Source: Lama guanicoe (lineage: Eukaryota). From it: a stretch of 64,000 bases of DNA. Under the pieces are notes generated by a model. It made no database searches. It was given only the letters and a program-made list of their open reading frames with translations, and was not told the DNA's origin. Location of the stretch: the NCBI GenBank assembly GCA_013239625.1, contig MU053994.1:3703898-3767897 (forward strand), given 5' to 3'. This document shows positions 12,531 to 25,939 of the stretch, one piece after another; position 1 is the first letter of the stretch; every line of letters begins with the position of its first letter. The translations under genes and the position numbers were made by a program.

Positions 12531-12867
12531 TTATTATTTTAAATTAATGAAACTCTAGTTATTTGCTTGTGCCCTACACATTAACTTGGTTCTCCACTGA
12601 GTTATCCTTGTGGGCTGTATCTTGGTGGGCATGATGGACAGGGCTCTGTATTTACAGAGTCTGGACTACCCACTTACCACTTCTTTCTGCAAACTGTAAA
12701 TACTTAGATTCGTAGTAGTCATTCTCTAAAAAGCAGAATACTACTACGTCACTAAATGGTCAGGATGGTTGAACAGTCCACTGTGTCAGTGCAGGCTACC
12801 CAAGGCCTGAAAAACGTCTTTGGGTCTAGATTGGAGAAAATATTTCTAGAAACTCCTTGAGGAAGGC

Positions 12868-13095
12868 AATATAGCACAATGCATTTGCTATCAGACAGAG
12901 CTGAGTTTGAATCTTAGCTCTGCTGTTTTCATCTGTGTAACCCTGGGTGAATTTGTTAATCTCTGAGACTGAGTTTCCATAGTCTTAAAAATGCAATTGT
13001 AATCCTTATTTTGTAGGCTACTTTTGAAGATCTGAGATAATACTTATGAAGTACTTTGTACATGTTTAGTTCTCAATCATGTTAACCATTATTAT
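12868..13095 (+). mobile_element. MIR SINE
   Basis: CTGAGTTTGAATCTTAGCTCTGC...TGTGTAACCCTGGG...TAATCTCTGAGACTGAGTTTCC core. Confidence 0.8.
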
Positions 13096-13769
13096 TTCTG
13101 TTCATGATAATAACTTCTGCAGAGATGTGAATGTTTGGGTGGGGGGCAGAGGAAGAGGAAGAATTGAGAAATGGTGACCAATCTTGAAGGGTTGAGGTGG
13201 AATAGATGTGAGGCTGTCTGTCGACACTCTTAGAGAAGCCGAAGAGAGATGTTGGAGCCCAGACAACAACAATCTAGTACTCGTGCTAGGCCACTAAAAA
13301 AGCACCTGGAGCTCTAGCGCTTGCCCTGTTAAACAAAACCATGAGTCATGACCTTGGGAAGGAGTGTGGGAACCCAGAGAAGGAATGTGTAAACAGATGG
13401 TCTATTGTCTGAGAGCAAATAGACAGAGGATATCTTCAGGTGGAGGTGGAACAAATTATCACCTGAGAATGACTTAATAGAACCCAATGGAAAGCTCCTG
13501 GGGCCAAATCTGGGCGCTTCAGAAAGAAACTCAAAGGGATGCCGAAACAGGGCACACCTGGAGAATCATTACATGCTCCTGTAAGCCTCATTGGTTGGCA
13601 CTGGGAAGGCCTGCACCATTCTGTAGGTAAGGCACAGTGGCCCCTGGCTTGCTGGTGGGCTCAGGCTGAAATGGCTCAGATATGGTAGACAATAGAGGGA
13701 GAAGCGTGTTCTGGAGAATGTGGTCATAGAGCAAGCCTGGGTGACCTGTGGTTGCAGAGCTTTGTAGAC

Positions 13770-13935
13770 CTATTATGCTCAGAGTGGAGTCCATGGGCCA
13801 GCAGCATAGGCCCCCTCTGGGAGCTTATTAGAAATTCAGAATCTTGGGATTCTACTCCAGACCTACGGATTTAGAATCTGCAGCTTACCAAGAACCCCAG
13901 GTGATTTGAATGCATACTAAAGTTTGAGGAGTGTT
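13770..13935. mobile_element. MER5-type hAT-Charlie MITE
   Basis: GGGAGCTTATTAGAAATTCAGAATCTTGGG...CCCAGGTGATT...AAAGTTTGAG. Confidence 0.75.
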
Positions 13936-14513
13936 TTATCTAGGCCAGTGATAAAACAGACTCAAATGGAAGAAGGAGTTTCTTGGAAGATTTGTTTGTT
14001 AAACTTCTCGAAAGCAAATACATACTATTATGCAGCATAAAACACTTTTACCCTAGGATTTCAGATAATCATATCCCAGAAGTGTTGCATCTATTGGTCG
14101 GTCAGGTAAAGAATACTTTGGTTTGGGATTATTTTAAAACCCAAATAATTAAACCATTTTCTTACTTTAGATAAGATAGAAATCCTACTAATTTTTCCAT
14201 GGGGCAAAAGGCTTAACAATGTTAATAAGTACTTTGTTTAATTCTTTTGTTTCCAATGAGAATCACGCTTAATTATTGAAATGCTATGTAAAAAATGTCT
14301 ATTAGATATTTACTGAGATACTTAAATCTACTCAGTTGAAGAATTTTGCTCAGTTGGGGTCACCTCAAACACCACTTAACATTATAGAGCCTTCTAGATT
14401 TTTCTTTTCATTTTGGTAATTCCAGAGGAAAGTGACTGGTAAAAATTTATTTTCTTTCAGTTGCCACACTCTGGGATAAAAGCAAAACTTCACTTGGCTC
14501 CCTACCTTCTAAG

Positions 14514-14705
14514 AGTGCATTCTCAAAGTGTGGTTCTTGGACTAGCAACATCGACATTACCTGGGAACTTGTTAGAAGTGCAAAATTCTCGAGCTCCATC
14601 CAAGACTTAACTGAATTAGAACCTCTGGGGCTGGAGCTCAGCAATCTACATGTTTAATAAGCCTTCCAGGTGGTTCTGATTCATGCTGAAGTTTGAGAAC
14701 CACTG
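14514..14705. mobile_element. MER5A hAT-Charlie MITE
   Basis: Termini AGTGCATTCTCAAAG and AGTTTGAGAACCACTG, about 190 bp. Confidence 0.88.
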
Positions 14706-15114
14706 CTAGAAGCCATGTGGGCCAAGAGAAGACAGTCAAATGCATAAGCATTGTGTGAGTTGATACAGAAGCCATAGGTTCCATTCCCATCTGTGACACT
14801 TCACTGTGTGACCTTGGATAAGGCATCATACTACTTTGGCTTCAACTCCCTCATTTTAAAAATGGTGGAGTTGAACTAGATGATATTTAAGGTTCCTTAA
14901 GTCTCTGACAGATCAGATACAGCAACTGGAACAGAGTGAGTTTTTACCCAGGCATGTCCCTCCCTGTAATTAACAAGATAAAAATAATAATCTAAAAAGA
15001 TCTTTAATGTTAAGGCATAGACTTTGAGATGATCCCAATTGAGCAAAAAAATTTTTGAGTAGACTTAATGACCTTCATTCATATATCAGATGTCTGTTCA
15101 TGATATATAACATT

Positions 15115-17832
15115 AAGTTGATCTGTTCAAGATTGAGGAATAGAAGGATGTGGAGCTCACCTCCTCCCACAAATACATCAAAAATACATCTACATGTGGA
15201 ACAGTTCTCACAGAATATCTACTGAACTCTGGCAGAAGATCTTATACTACTGGAGGTATAAGAAAAATCTCCATGTTTACCAGGTAGGAAGAAAAATCTC
15301 CATGTTTACCACAGAGTCTGGATGGGACCTGACCCCCAGGGAGGGAGCAGTGAAAGAGGAAAAGTGCTCTCATCCTGGGAAGCCCCTTCCCCAGAGGGGA
15401 GGTCAGCCAGGACAGAAGGGGAGCTTCAGAGGCTCAGAGGAGAGTGCAGCAGCCGCTTTGTGGCAGACAGAACAGAGAAACCAGCAGAGGGTCCGTGGAG
15501 TCCCCAGCCTGAGATGTGAGCCTGCTGGTGTGTGCTGGGACTGGGTGCTGAATCTCTGGCTTGAGGACAGACCCAGGGAGAGGACTGGGGTTGACTGTGC
15601 AGAGACAGCCTGAAGGGGCTAGAGTGAGGTACGGGCTAAAACTAGGAGTGTGTACACAGGAGCGGTGTCCACCTTGAAGCTCATTGTTAAGGCACCCTTG
15701 CAAAAGGAGGGGCAGGACATTGCCATGGCAACCTCCTTCTCCACCAGGTCACAGAGTGTGGCCCTGCCAAAAAAGCTCCATTGTTAATGAGCTCTTGTGA
15801 ATGGAGGGGCGGCACCCAGCCACAGCAGCCTCCTTCTCCATTTGTGCAATTGCTGGTGGGTTGCACCCCAGTGGAGGCAGGGCTGACATATGAACCCATT
15901 CCCAGGTGCTGGATGACTTCGGAAGCCAGGAGGCTGAAATTTGAGTTGTGTCCCAGGCAGGTTTGGTGGATTTACACTACTGGTGCCTTTGTAAACTCAG
16001 TGTCTGTGGGACATCTGAGCAGAATACTGTTTAGGGGCTGGGGCAGGCCCAGCATTAATAGCAGGCGCAAGCACACGGAGGCAGGGCTGGGGCCTGGGCT
16101 GACCCTGTAGCCCACAGCGATTCCAGCTGTGTGACTACACATGACTGCGGTGGGTCCTGGTGCCTGACTTCAATGAATCTGCCCTGGTGACTTTGTGAAC
16201 AAAGCACCTGAGGGACACCAGGGCAGGCTGCCTGCATTACCATGGCTGAGGACAGCGTCAACAACAGTGTCCTTTGTGAGCTCGTACAACAGTTGACAGG
16301 TGACAGCACAGAGGACACTTCCCAGTGGACATCTTCTGTGGAGGATACTCAGTACCTCCTTTCCCAGCAGAACCACTCCAGTACCACCTATCTCACATAG
16401 CAGCTCAGAAAAGGATCTGAGGGCTTCTACTCTAACAACTGGGGAGAAGACCTAGCCCCTGACATGGCTGTGACAACCACAGAGCAAAGAGGCCCCACTC
16501 AACATCCAGTGTAGGCTCTGGTCAGAACACCAATCACACCTCCTATCAAGGGGATAACAGCCAGCACACAAGGAGGAAAGAAGTGGCAGCCACTCATATT
16601 AAAAACAGCCCTTGCAACAAAAATATTAGACACACATATGCTACACAAGGATGCTCCCACATAACAGCCCTTCAAAACCAGAGTAGATAACTATTATTCC
16701 CAAATACACAGAGTTAGAGAAATATAAATAAAATTAGGAAGCAGAGGAACCACCCCCAATTAAAAAAATAAGAGAAATCCCCTGAAAGAACAGTGAAGTG
16801 GACCTCTCCATCTACCAGCACTTGAGTTCAAAAGGAGATAATAAAAATACTGAAGGAATAAGAGAGGATACTGATAGAAATGCAGAATACTGTAAAAAAG
16901 GAACTAGAAACTATAAAGAAGAGCCGATTAAAATCAGAAAACTCAATTGCTGAGATGAAAATCAAGCTAAAGGCAATAAATAGCAGACAAATAATGCAGA
17001 CAAACAAATAAGCAATCTGGAAGATAGAATAAAGGAAATCACCCAATCAGAAGGGCAGACAGAAAAACAAATTAAAAAATGAAAACTGTATAAGAGACCT
17101 ACGGAATAATATAAAACATGCCAATCTACACATACTAAGGGTCCCAGAAGGAGAAGAAAGAGAAAAGGAGATCAAAAATTTATTTGAAGAAATTATGGCT
17201 GAAAACTTCCCAAACCTAAAGAAGGAAACAGACATCCAGGTACAAGAAGCACAGAGGGTCCCAAACAAGATAAGTCCAAACAGATCTACACTAAGACATA
17301 TAATTAAAATGGCCAAAGTTAAAGAGAAGATTCTAAAGGTAGCAAGAGAAAAACAAAGAGTTTGTTACAAGGGAACCAACATAAGGCTATCAGCTGATTT
17401 CTCTATGGAAACAATGCAGGTCAGAAGGGAGTGGCATGAATATATTCAAAGTCCTGAATGAGAAAAACCTGCAACCTAGTATATTCTACAAAGCAAGATT
17501 ATTGTTTAGAATAAAAGGAGAGATAAAGAATTTCTCAGACAAGGAAAAACTAAAAGAATACAGCAATACTAAGCCTATCCTAAAAGAAACATTGAAAGGT
17601 CTTCTCTAAATAGAAAAGAAGCAAGAATCTATAGAAAAGAGAAAATCAGAATGGAAATGCGATAACTATAATGAAGAGCAAAAGAATAAATATGAAGATG
17701 TGCAAAAGGACATCAAAATCATAAAATGTGGGAGGGGAAGTAAGAAAATTTAGATTTATTTCTTTCATTTTAGAATGTATTTGAGCCTATATGATTACCA
17801 GTCTAAAGCAAGTAGATATAGTAATGGGTTAA
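15115..17832 (+). mobile_element. 3'-truncated L1: 5'UTR, decayed ORF1 and part of the inter-ORF spacer; no ORF2 or poly(A); flanked by a 16-bp TSD
   Basis: L1 5' start TTCAAGATTGAGGAATAGAAGG. ORF1 remnant MAENFPNLKKETDIQVQEAQRVP at 17195. TSD CATGATATATAACATT 15099-15114 and CATGATAGATAACATT 17833-17848. Confidence 0.9.
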
Positions 17833-19199
17833 CATGATAGATAACATTGCCAGTTGTCTATCAGCTAATCATCTATGGATCCACTTGGCTACAAGTTAAG
17901 TACGATATTTGATTCCTTGTATGGCAAACGCTTATAAGTTCTAACTTACAAGAAGTTACTTTCCTTTCTGAAACAATTCAGCTTTCACCTTGGAATTATA
18001 CTAAGTATGTCCCCATGTGGTTGAAATAGTTATCACAAAGTCAATGTAGTTAAGCCCATTTTATTTTTTAGCACACCTGGTTACATAGTTTTCTGGCATG
18101 TGGGTGATTAGAAGCAACCAACTATAAGGTGATATCAGTGGTGAGCAAGAAGGAGCTGCACCCTGGTACCAAGAAGAAAAGACTGCTGACCTCCAAGGAT
18201 ATAAAGTAAGCTATAGAAGTAGGTCCATGTACCAGCAGGATAGGGCCACTTACTAAAAAAGGCATCATTCTATTGCTCTGGGTGATCACTGATGTTGCTA
18301 CTGGCAGCTTTCAGTGATGAAAGATTAAATTCTGTTCAGTATCTCTTTTGGAAGGTAGGGATTGCACATTTAAAAATATTTCCATCAAAGCCTTGTTTCT
18401 CAGAGAATTATGTTTCAGTTTTCTGGGAGTTGAACTTATGTAATGCACTGTTTTTTCTAACAATGATGGACTGAGTCACTACTGTATCCAGAAGAAAAAA
18501 AGGAAATGGGTACAGGCAGCAAAAGGAGACATATCACATCAAACAACTAAAAGGCTTAATTGGTCATTTTACAAATAGCATTTTATTGAAATGCTTTGAA
18601 AAGGGTACTTGTAGGTGTGCATTCTGGTATATTTTACATGTTGTGGGGTGTTATGTGTGAGTTCCTTAGGCAGAGACAATTGTTTTATTAAACTATCTTT
18701 TTTTTATTCCCAGAGATTGTTCCAACAGGTGAGCATCTGGAATAAAAATGAAAAAAAATATAGCAGACATTATCACCTAGGTTTTGGATAAACAGAATGT
18801 AGCCATTGTTATTCTTTGTCAATTATAGGGAGAGAAATCCACCCCATATCACCGGAAGTCAGGGGACCTGTGCTCTTAGAAAAATTGCATGACCTCAGTA
18901 AATTCACAGATGCTTTTTGGGTTTTACTTCCTTTACCTGTAGAATGGTAAAAAAAAACTAGATAAAATATAAGGTTAGACTAGACTAGATGAAATATAAC
19001 ACTGTAAGATAAAATATAAGATTATAAAATGTAAGACTATAACCTCTACCTAGGTTAGACTAGATAAAATATAAGATTTGCTTCAGGGTTGGGATCCCAT
19101 AATTCTTATATTATGCCCTCCACTCCATCTTAGCTACATTTTGTCATGATCATGTTCAATGGCTTTACCCTCTTCAAGCTCTCAGTCTTAAGCATCTTA

Positions 19200-21615
19200 C
19201 TCGTTGACTACTACCTCTATGCTTTTAGCTTACTTCTTCAAATACACCAAGTCCAGAACTCTTTGACCCCATCAGAACCTCCAATGCATTGACCGTACCT
19301 CCTTTTTACCTCCTTATATGTTCTTATATACCTTAATTAGAATTCATGGTACATGACTGCAATCTTTCCTTTGTTTAAGCCTTCAGTTCCCTTACCCCTG
19401 TCTTCCTTCATCATGATGAGTTGGTGAAATTGCAACACTGGTGTCTGAGGTCAGGATCTCTGGGAAATAGACTCAGATTTGGATGTAACAATTTTGTAGG
19501 GGAGTGCTTTGGGGAACATTCACATGGGATGAATGAAAGAAGCAGGATTGGGCAGATGGAGAACTTGAACTGCAATGCATTTGCAGTAGAGGCTTCAATT
19601 GGTCCTATGGGGTATGCTGAAGAGCTGGGATGACCCTATTAGAACCATCCCACCTTGGGATAAAGTGGCTGGGCTTTTTTTTTTTCACCCCTTTCCTTGA
19701 CCAGTCATCATTAAGTGCAGGAAGCCCTGGGAAGTAGGTGCAAGGCATTTTTCTTCAGTTGAGGGCAATTTTTGGAGAGTGATTCAACTGAGAGCTGTTG
19801 GTTTCCAACACTCTAAGCAACTGGGGGAATGAGTGTCTCAGTCCTGAAGGGGGAAATCTGGGCAGTGTAGCACATCTACTCTACCTAGTTAAAGGCCAAC
19901 TCTTCACCTACTGCACATCTGCAGCTGAGCAGCTGATTTAGGCTGGAAAGAAACATCAAGCCAAACTGAATAGTCTCACTTTAAATTCATCACCACCAAC
20001 CTCAAATAAGTTTCAGTTCTGCCCACAATCCTACTACATTTCCCTGTTTCATACCTTCACCTTGTTCCTCCAATACACTTTTCCCATCTTCACTCTTGAC
20101 TGATAGCTGTGGCTTACTTGAGAAAATATAAGCAACTAGGGAATGTTCACATTTTTCTTCCACCAATGTAGTAACCTACACACAAACCTACCCTTTTGCT
20201 AAAATGGTGAATTGTTAATGTTCTTATCTAAGGCCAATTCCTCCCTGCACTGGATTCTATTCATTCTTACCTACTCACGGGTCTCCATTTTACTATTTTC
20301 CCCTCCCTCTCTTACATGGTCATTTCCCCCTTTGCACTAGATGATTCCCATTGACATAAAAACATGTAGGCAACATTTTTCATCTTAAAAGTACCGCTGC
20401 TTTTCTGCTCCACTTTACAGAAAAAGTCATTGAAACCGTTGTTTATACTCTCTGACTCCCCCTTTCTCCATTTTGTCACTTTTCTTCTCATTGTTTCTTA
20501 AACCTTATCCAGTAATTCCTATTACTTCATTGATAACTGCATTTGTCAAGGTCTCTTATCTCTTTATGTTACCTTACTTGGCCCACCTGCAGCATTGAGC
20601 ATAGGTGATCATTCTTTCCTTAAAATATTTTCCTCACTTGGTTAGGGGATACCATCATCTCCTGGTTTCCCTCTTATCTCACTGGCTGCTCCTTTTCAAT
20701 CTTCTGTCCTGGATCACCCAATCTGCCCAATCTCTAAATTTTGGACAGCTTCGGGGCTGAGTACTTGCACTTATTTCCATATCTTCCTACACCTAGTTAG
20801 TTGCTAAGTGATTTCATCCAGTCTAGCAGCTTTTAATACCAGAATTTTCTCCTGAACTCCAAACTTACATATTCAACTGCCTATTTGATATCTCCACTTG
20901 GATGATAATAATAATAATAATAACAACAATAACAATAACAACAACTAAAGAGATTGGATGTTGCCTGTATACCAGGTATTGTCCTAAGCCTCTTATGTAT
21001 ATTTATTCAAATAATGAGTGTCCAGTAGACATCTAAAACTCAGCATATCTAAAACTGAACCTTTGATTCTCATTCCCACTAAAATCAGATCCTCCCTCGA
21101 TATTTACCACCTCAGTGAATGGCAGCACCTTTTATCCAGTTTTTCAGGCTCGAAACTTCAGCAAAATCCTCCCTCCACTCTTTCTTTTGTACCCCACATC
21201 CAATCCATCAGCAAATTCTGTTAGCTTTATTTTCAGAATATATTCCAAATCCAAATAGCTCTAATCACCTTTATCACTGCCAACTGATTCAAGGCTCCAT
21301 CATCTGCTGTCTGGAATATTGCCTCCTTACTGGTTTTTCTGCTTTCACTGTTGCTCCTCTCCAGCTACAGTGAGCCTTTAAAAACATAAGCCAGATTTTG
21401 TCTTTCCTTTGCTCAAAGCTTACTAATACCTTTCCATCTCACTGAGAAAAAAATTCAAAGTTTCTACTGTGACCTACAAGGTCCTGTGGCAGGCCCCTAG
21501 TTAACTCTCTGGCTTCAATGCTGTCGTGCTACACTGGCCTCCTTGCTGTCCCCTGAGCCCCCTCCCTAGGCAGGCTTCCGTCTTAGGACCTGTGCATTTG
21601 TGACTCCTTCTACCT
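19200..21615 (+). mobile_element. Long decayed L2, interrupted by an LTR16-like LTR (19440-19880, minus) and an (AAT/AAC)n microsatellite plus MIR fragment (20905-21015)
   Basis: L2 motifs CTCCTGAACTCCAAACTTACATATTCAACTGCCTATTTGATATCTCCACTTGGATG and CATCTAAAACTCAGCATATCTAAAACTGAAC. Confidence 0.8.
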
Positions 21616-22811
21616 GAGAAACAGGTTGATGTAGGTATCATTATGCCTAATTAAAATTAGCATTTGAAGATTGCTCACTGGAAGAGTTTTATTTACACAT
21701 ATGGTCTGATTATCTTGAACTAGCAAGCAAAGTCATGAAGTTATTAATTATTTTTGCATGACCTTATGTAAACAGACATTCTCTCTATAGAAGTCAAAAT
21801 ACAGAAAGTGATTAAATATAGAACTGCAGCTAAGGCTACATCTTTCAACTATTAAACTCAACAATGGTGATTTAGTTTCCGCAAAGCAATGGAATCCATC
21901 ATATCAAATTAATATTGATCATTTGAATTCTAGTGACTAGTTTTGTTTGCATTTAATTTATAAATTAGCTTTAGTTTCATAGTTGAGTAAGAGTGAGCAG
22001 CACATTTACTTTTAGTTTTATATTCGTTACTTTTTAAGTAATATTATAATAGAAATAATGAGACAACACTGGAGTGTAAGCATATTTCTCCTTTAAAAGA
22101 GGTATATATTAAATCAAATTTGAAAAACACACATTTTAGATGATTACATAATGATGTTCACAATAAACCTCCTTGTAATAGAGAAAGCATGAGAGGCTTA
22201 AATATTTCAGACCAAAGTTAAAAAATAAGAAAAGCATTGGCAGTACATTTACCCAATTATAAAGAGAGCTACAGAAAAAGAAATTGGTGAAACTAAAAAA
22301 AAAGTTTCCTGGATAAGGAATTATTAAGTATAAGAGCCAGGAAAGACGTTTATATTAATTTTCCAGACATTTTCTACTTTCCAGTCCTCCATGCCATTAA
22401 ACAGTCCCATTACAGAAAGAAAAAAAAACAAACAAACTAGAGACCTGAAGATGAAATCAAATAACATGGAAAATATTGACAGAGGGTTTTTTCCCATAAT
22501 AAAGCTAAACGTATCCTTAGCTTTTTGATTTTTTGGAAGTGATTCTCATAAAGAGATGTTAGAAGTCAGTGCTATGAATATCTGGTGACTGCAAGACAAA
22601 ACAAAAGCAAAAACACAAAGCACTTCTATAACCTTAGCCTTCATTTAAAGAAAGACTTGGAATAAGTTTTGAAAACTTCCAAATTTTCTTCAAAATTTGA
22701 CTCTCCCCAAATCACTGACAAAATGAGTAAGCTTTCTAAAACATAAAGTCATTGAACAATTAGTTAAATCAGTTAAGTGTTAGTTAAATTTGAATTATTG
22801 AGAAAGAAATT

Positions 22812-23432
22812 ACAGTAGACAGAATTCCAGGATGGTCCTCCAAGATTCTGGCTTCCTGGTGTACACGTGCTTTCTCCCAGTTATTCACTCAAATAGTAAT
22901 CTAGGTGGTGTTGTAAAGGAATTTTGCAGATGCAATCAAGGTTTTAAATCAGTTGACCTTAGATTATCCAAGTGGACTTGACCTAATCACATGAGCTCTT
23001 TTAGAAGCAGAGAATTTTTTCCCAATGGTCACAGAAGAGAATGTCAGAAAGACACACATTATTTCTAGCCTGGAAGAGAGCAAACATTCACATAAACTCC
23101 CTATGGGAGCCACATGGCAAGGAAATCTGGGCAGCCTCTAGGAGCCGAGAGCTGTCTCTAGCCAACAGCTAGCAGGAAAAGGGGACCTCAGTCTGATAAC
23201 TGCAAATAAATGAATTCTGCCAACTTCTAGTAAATTTTGAAGAGGGCCACAAGCCTCAGAGGAGAACCACAGCCCTTGGTGGACACTTTGATGTCAGCCT
23301 GGTGAGACCCCAGTAGAGAATCCAGCCACACTGTGCTTAGACTGTCACCTATAGAACTAGGAGATAAGAAACATGTATTTCTTTAAAGCCACTAAGTTTG
23401 TGATAATTTATATAGCAATGGAAAACAAATAC
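22812..23432 (+). mobile_element. MaLR solo LTR (MLT1E/F-like)
   Basis: Start AGTAGACAGAATTCCAGGATGGTCCTCCAAGATTC; end AAGCCACTAAGTTTGTGATAATTT...AAACAAATACA. Confidence 0.88.
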
Positions 23433-23978
23433 AGAAATCATTTCTCTTTTCAACCAGTTGTATTGGAAACATATAGAAACTGTCAGTGTTGCTTTTTGGA
23501 GCAGGGGTAGGTGGAAGTCAGAATAGCTACTTTTACTGAATCCATGATCCCAAATTTAATTAAGATAGGACTAAAAACTTCAGAATGTCAAAGAATATAA
23601 AAAAAGTAATGAAAATTGAACAGCAACAGTGAAACCAGTGTATATCATGGGGTGTTGAGTTCCTCTGACTCCAGCTGTGGACCCCCAGCTGGAGTCTAGG
23701 CTTAGTCCTGAGAAACCTCTGATGCACTGTGCAGAGTTACAGGTATATGCTCAGTTAATAAGGCCTCTGGGGATGAAGCTCATTTGTAGGAAGTCAGTTT
23801 TAAATAACAAACTGTGATAAATCAACAATATAAACTCTGACTGCCTGCAAGGCATACACTGGGTACTATGAAGGCAGAATTGTTGGCATATTCTGCTTGG
23901 TGAAAAAACATACCTCTAAGTAGGTAAAAGTTGAAGAGTGTCTGTTGTCTCTCAGATTTATTCAGTAGGAGACTATTC

Positions 23979-24190
23979 TAGGGGTTGGCAAACTTTTTCT
24001 GGAAAAGACCAAATTTTAGGCCTTGTGGGCCATGTGGCCTCTGTTGTAACAACTCAACTCTGCTGTTGTAGTGTAAGATCAGCCATAGATGATATGTAAA
24101 TGAATGAACATAATTACATTCCAGTACAACTTTATTTACAGAAAAAGGTAGTGGGCTGGATATGGCCAGGGCTGCAGTTTGCAGACCCTG
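23979..24190. mobile_element. MER58A-like hAT-Charlie MITE
   Basis: TIRs AGGGGTTGGCAAACT and AGTTTGCAGACCCTG. Confidence 0.88.
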
Positions 24191-25234
24191 ATCTAGATGG
24201 GTGAGGAGGGCCTGACCTGGTGTTAGCATCTGGGGGAATAGAAAGGAGGGTACGAATCTGAGAGATTATGTGGAAATAGAACTCACAGGACCTGACAACT
24301 AATTGGCTTTGAGGAGAAAGAGAAGATGAGATGACTTTAGAGTCTCTAGTCTGAGAGGGCAATGGTACCACTACCTGAGATGGAAACAAAGATGGAAGAG
24401 ACGCGGATGTGCGTGTGTGTGTGTATTGTGGGGGTTGTGGAGAAGGTGGGTTGGGTTTTAAAGTAATAAATTTGAGGTGGCTTTAGAATATTTTTGTGGA
24501 AGAGTTTAGAATGCAGGTAGAAGTATAAATTGAGAGAGAGAGAGAGAGACTGATTTAGGCAATTTGGGAGTTATCTCCATGGAGATATGTCTTGAAGCCA
24601 TGGGTGTGGGTAAGATCACACATAGAAGGTTTGTAGAATATGAGCTAATGCATATAAAAGTGCTTTTTAAACTGTAAGGCATCATACAAATGCAAAATAT
24701 TCTTATTATTAAATGTGACAAACAGAAGCATAAAAGGCAGTAACAACCGTTTTATGTCTCAGAATCACTGCTAGTTCCCAATTACTGCATTTTCATCCTG
24801 TGATGGCCTTTGAACAGCTCTTTTTCCTCCCCTTGCATACACACTGAGATTATAATGCATTAAACATTATCAATGTGGTGGCAGAATGCCTTTCACCACC
24901 CTGAACTGATACTCTCAAACCTCTTCTGGTAGACACAAACTTCTAAGAGGGCTGGGACAAAGACACGGAGATGCTGCTTTGATATTAGGGTGCAATGCTA
25001 GGAGTTTTATTTAAATGAGGAATGAGGCAGCAGATTTAGGGGTGTCAATATTTAGCCACTTAGACAGGAAAAGAGACACAGAATGCAGGGGCAGAGTAGA
25101 CCTAAGAGATAATATCAAGTAAGAGTTGAGGAAGCTCTGAACTCTTGAAAGGTTTTTTCTGTGGGGAATTAATTGCTCTTTAATCTCAAGGACAGCAGTG
25201 CTATCACTTAAGCAGTCTTGACATGCATTTCCAG

Positions 25235-25795
25235 GGTGTTTCAGTTAACCTATTACTGCTTAGCAAATGATTGAAAAACTCACTGGCTTAAAACAGCAAC
25301 CATATGATTATACCTCATGATTTTGTGGGTCTGGAATTTGGATATGGCTTAGGGGGATTCTTCTGTTCCATGTAGTGTCAATGGAAGTCTCTTGTTAGTA
25401 TTCAGCTGGTGGATGGGCTGGTCTGGGAGGTCCAAGACAGCTTCACTCACATGTATGACACCTTGATCCAATGGCTGGAAGGCTGGACTCAGCTGGGACT
25501 GTGGACTGGGGCACCTACATGTGACCTGTCCAGCATGGTGGCCTCAAGATAGTCAGATTTCTTACATAGCAGCTCAAAGTCCAAGAGTGAGTGATCTGGC
25601 AATCAAGACATATGCTGCGTGGGTTTTCATGACCCAGCTTTGAAGTCCCATTGTGTTACTTCTGCCACGTTCTATTGGTTGAAGTGGCCTTGCATCTTTG
25701 AATCTGTCCAGATTTAAGAGTGAGGATGGTAAGCCCCACTTGTAGATGGAAAGAGCATGAACTAATTTGTAGCTACTTTTTAAAACCATCACAAA
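25235..25795 (-). mobile_element. MaLR solo LTR (MLT1)
   Basis: TGTTTCAGTT...CTATTACTGCTTAGCAAA...CTCACTGGCTTAAAACAGCAACC. Confidence 0.8.
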
Positions 25796-25939
25796 AGCCC
25801 TCTAGCAGAAGGATGTGCCTCCTTGATGACAGCTCAGATGATATGGATGCTAGGAAGTCCTGCTCTCCTAGGCCTAGCATTTCTTAAAGTGATGGAGGTT
25901 GCAGCATTCCATGTGGGTTGCATATTGGTGGCATGGATT

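Noticed and set aside
18958..19077. CRISPR-like repeat/spacer array
   Set aside because: Eukaryotic context, irregular short AT-rich units, no constant spacers and no cas genes.
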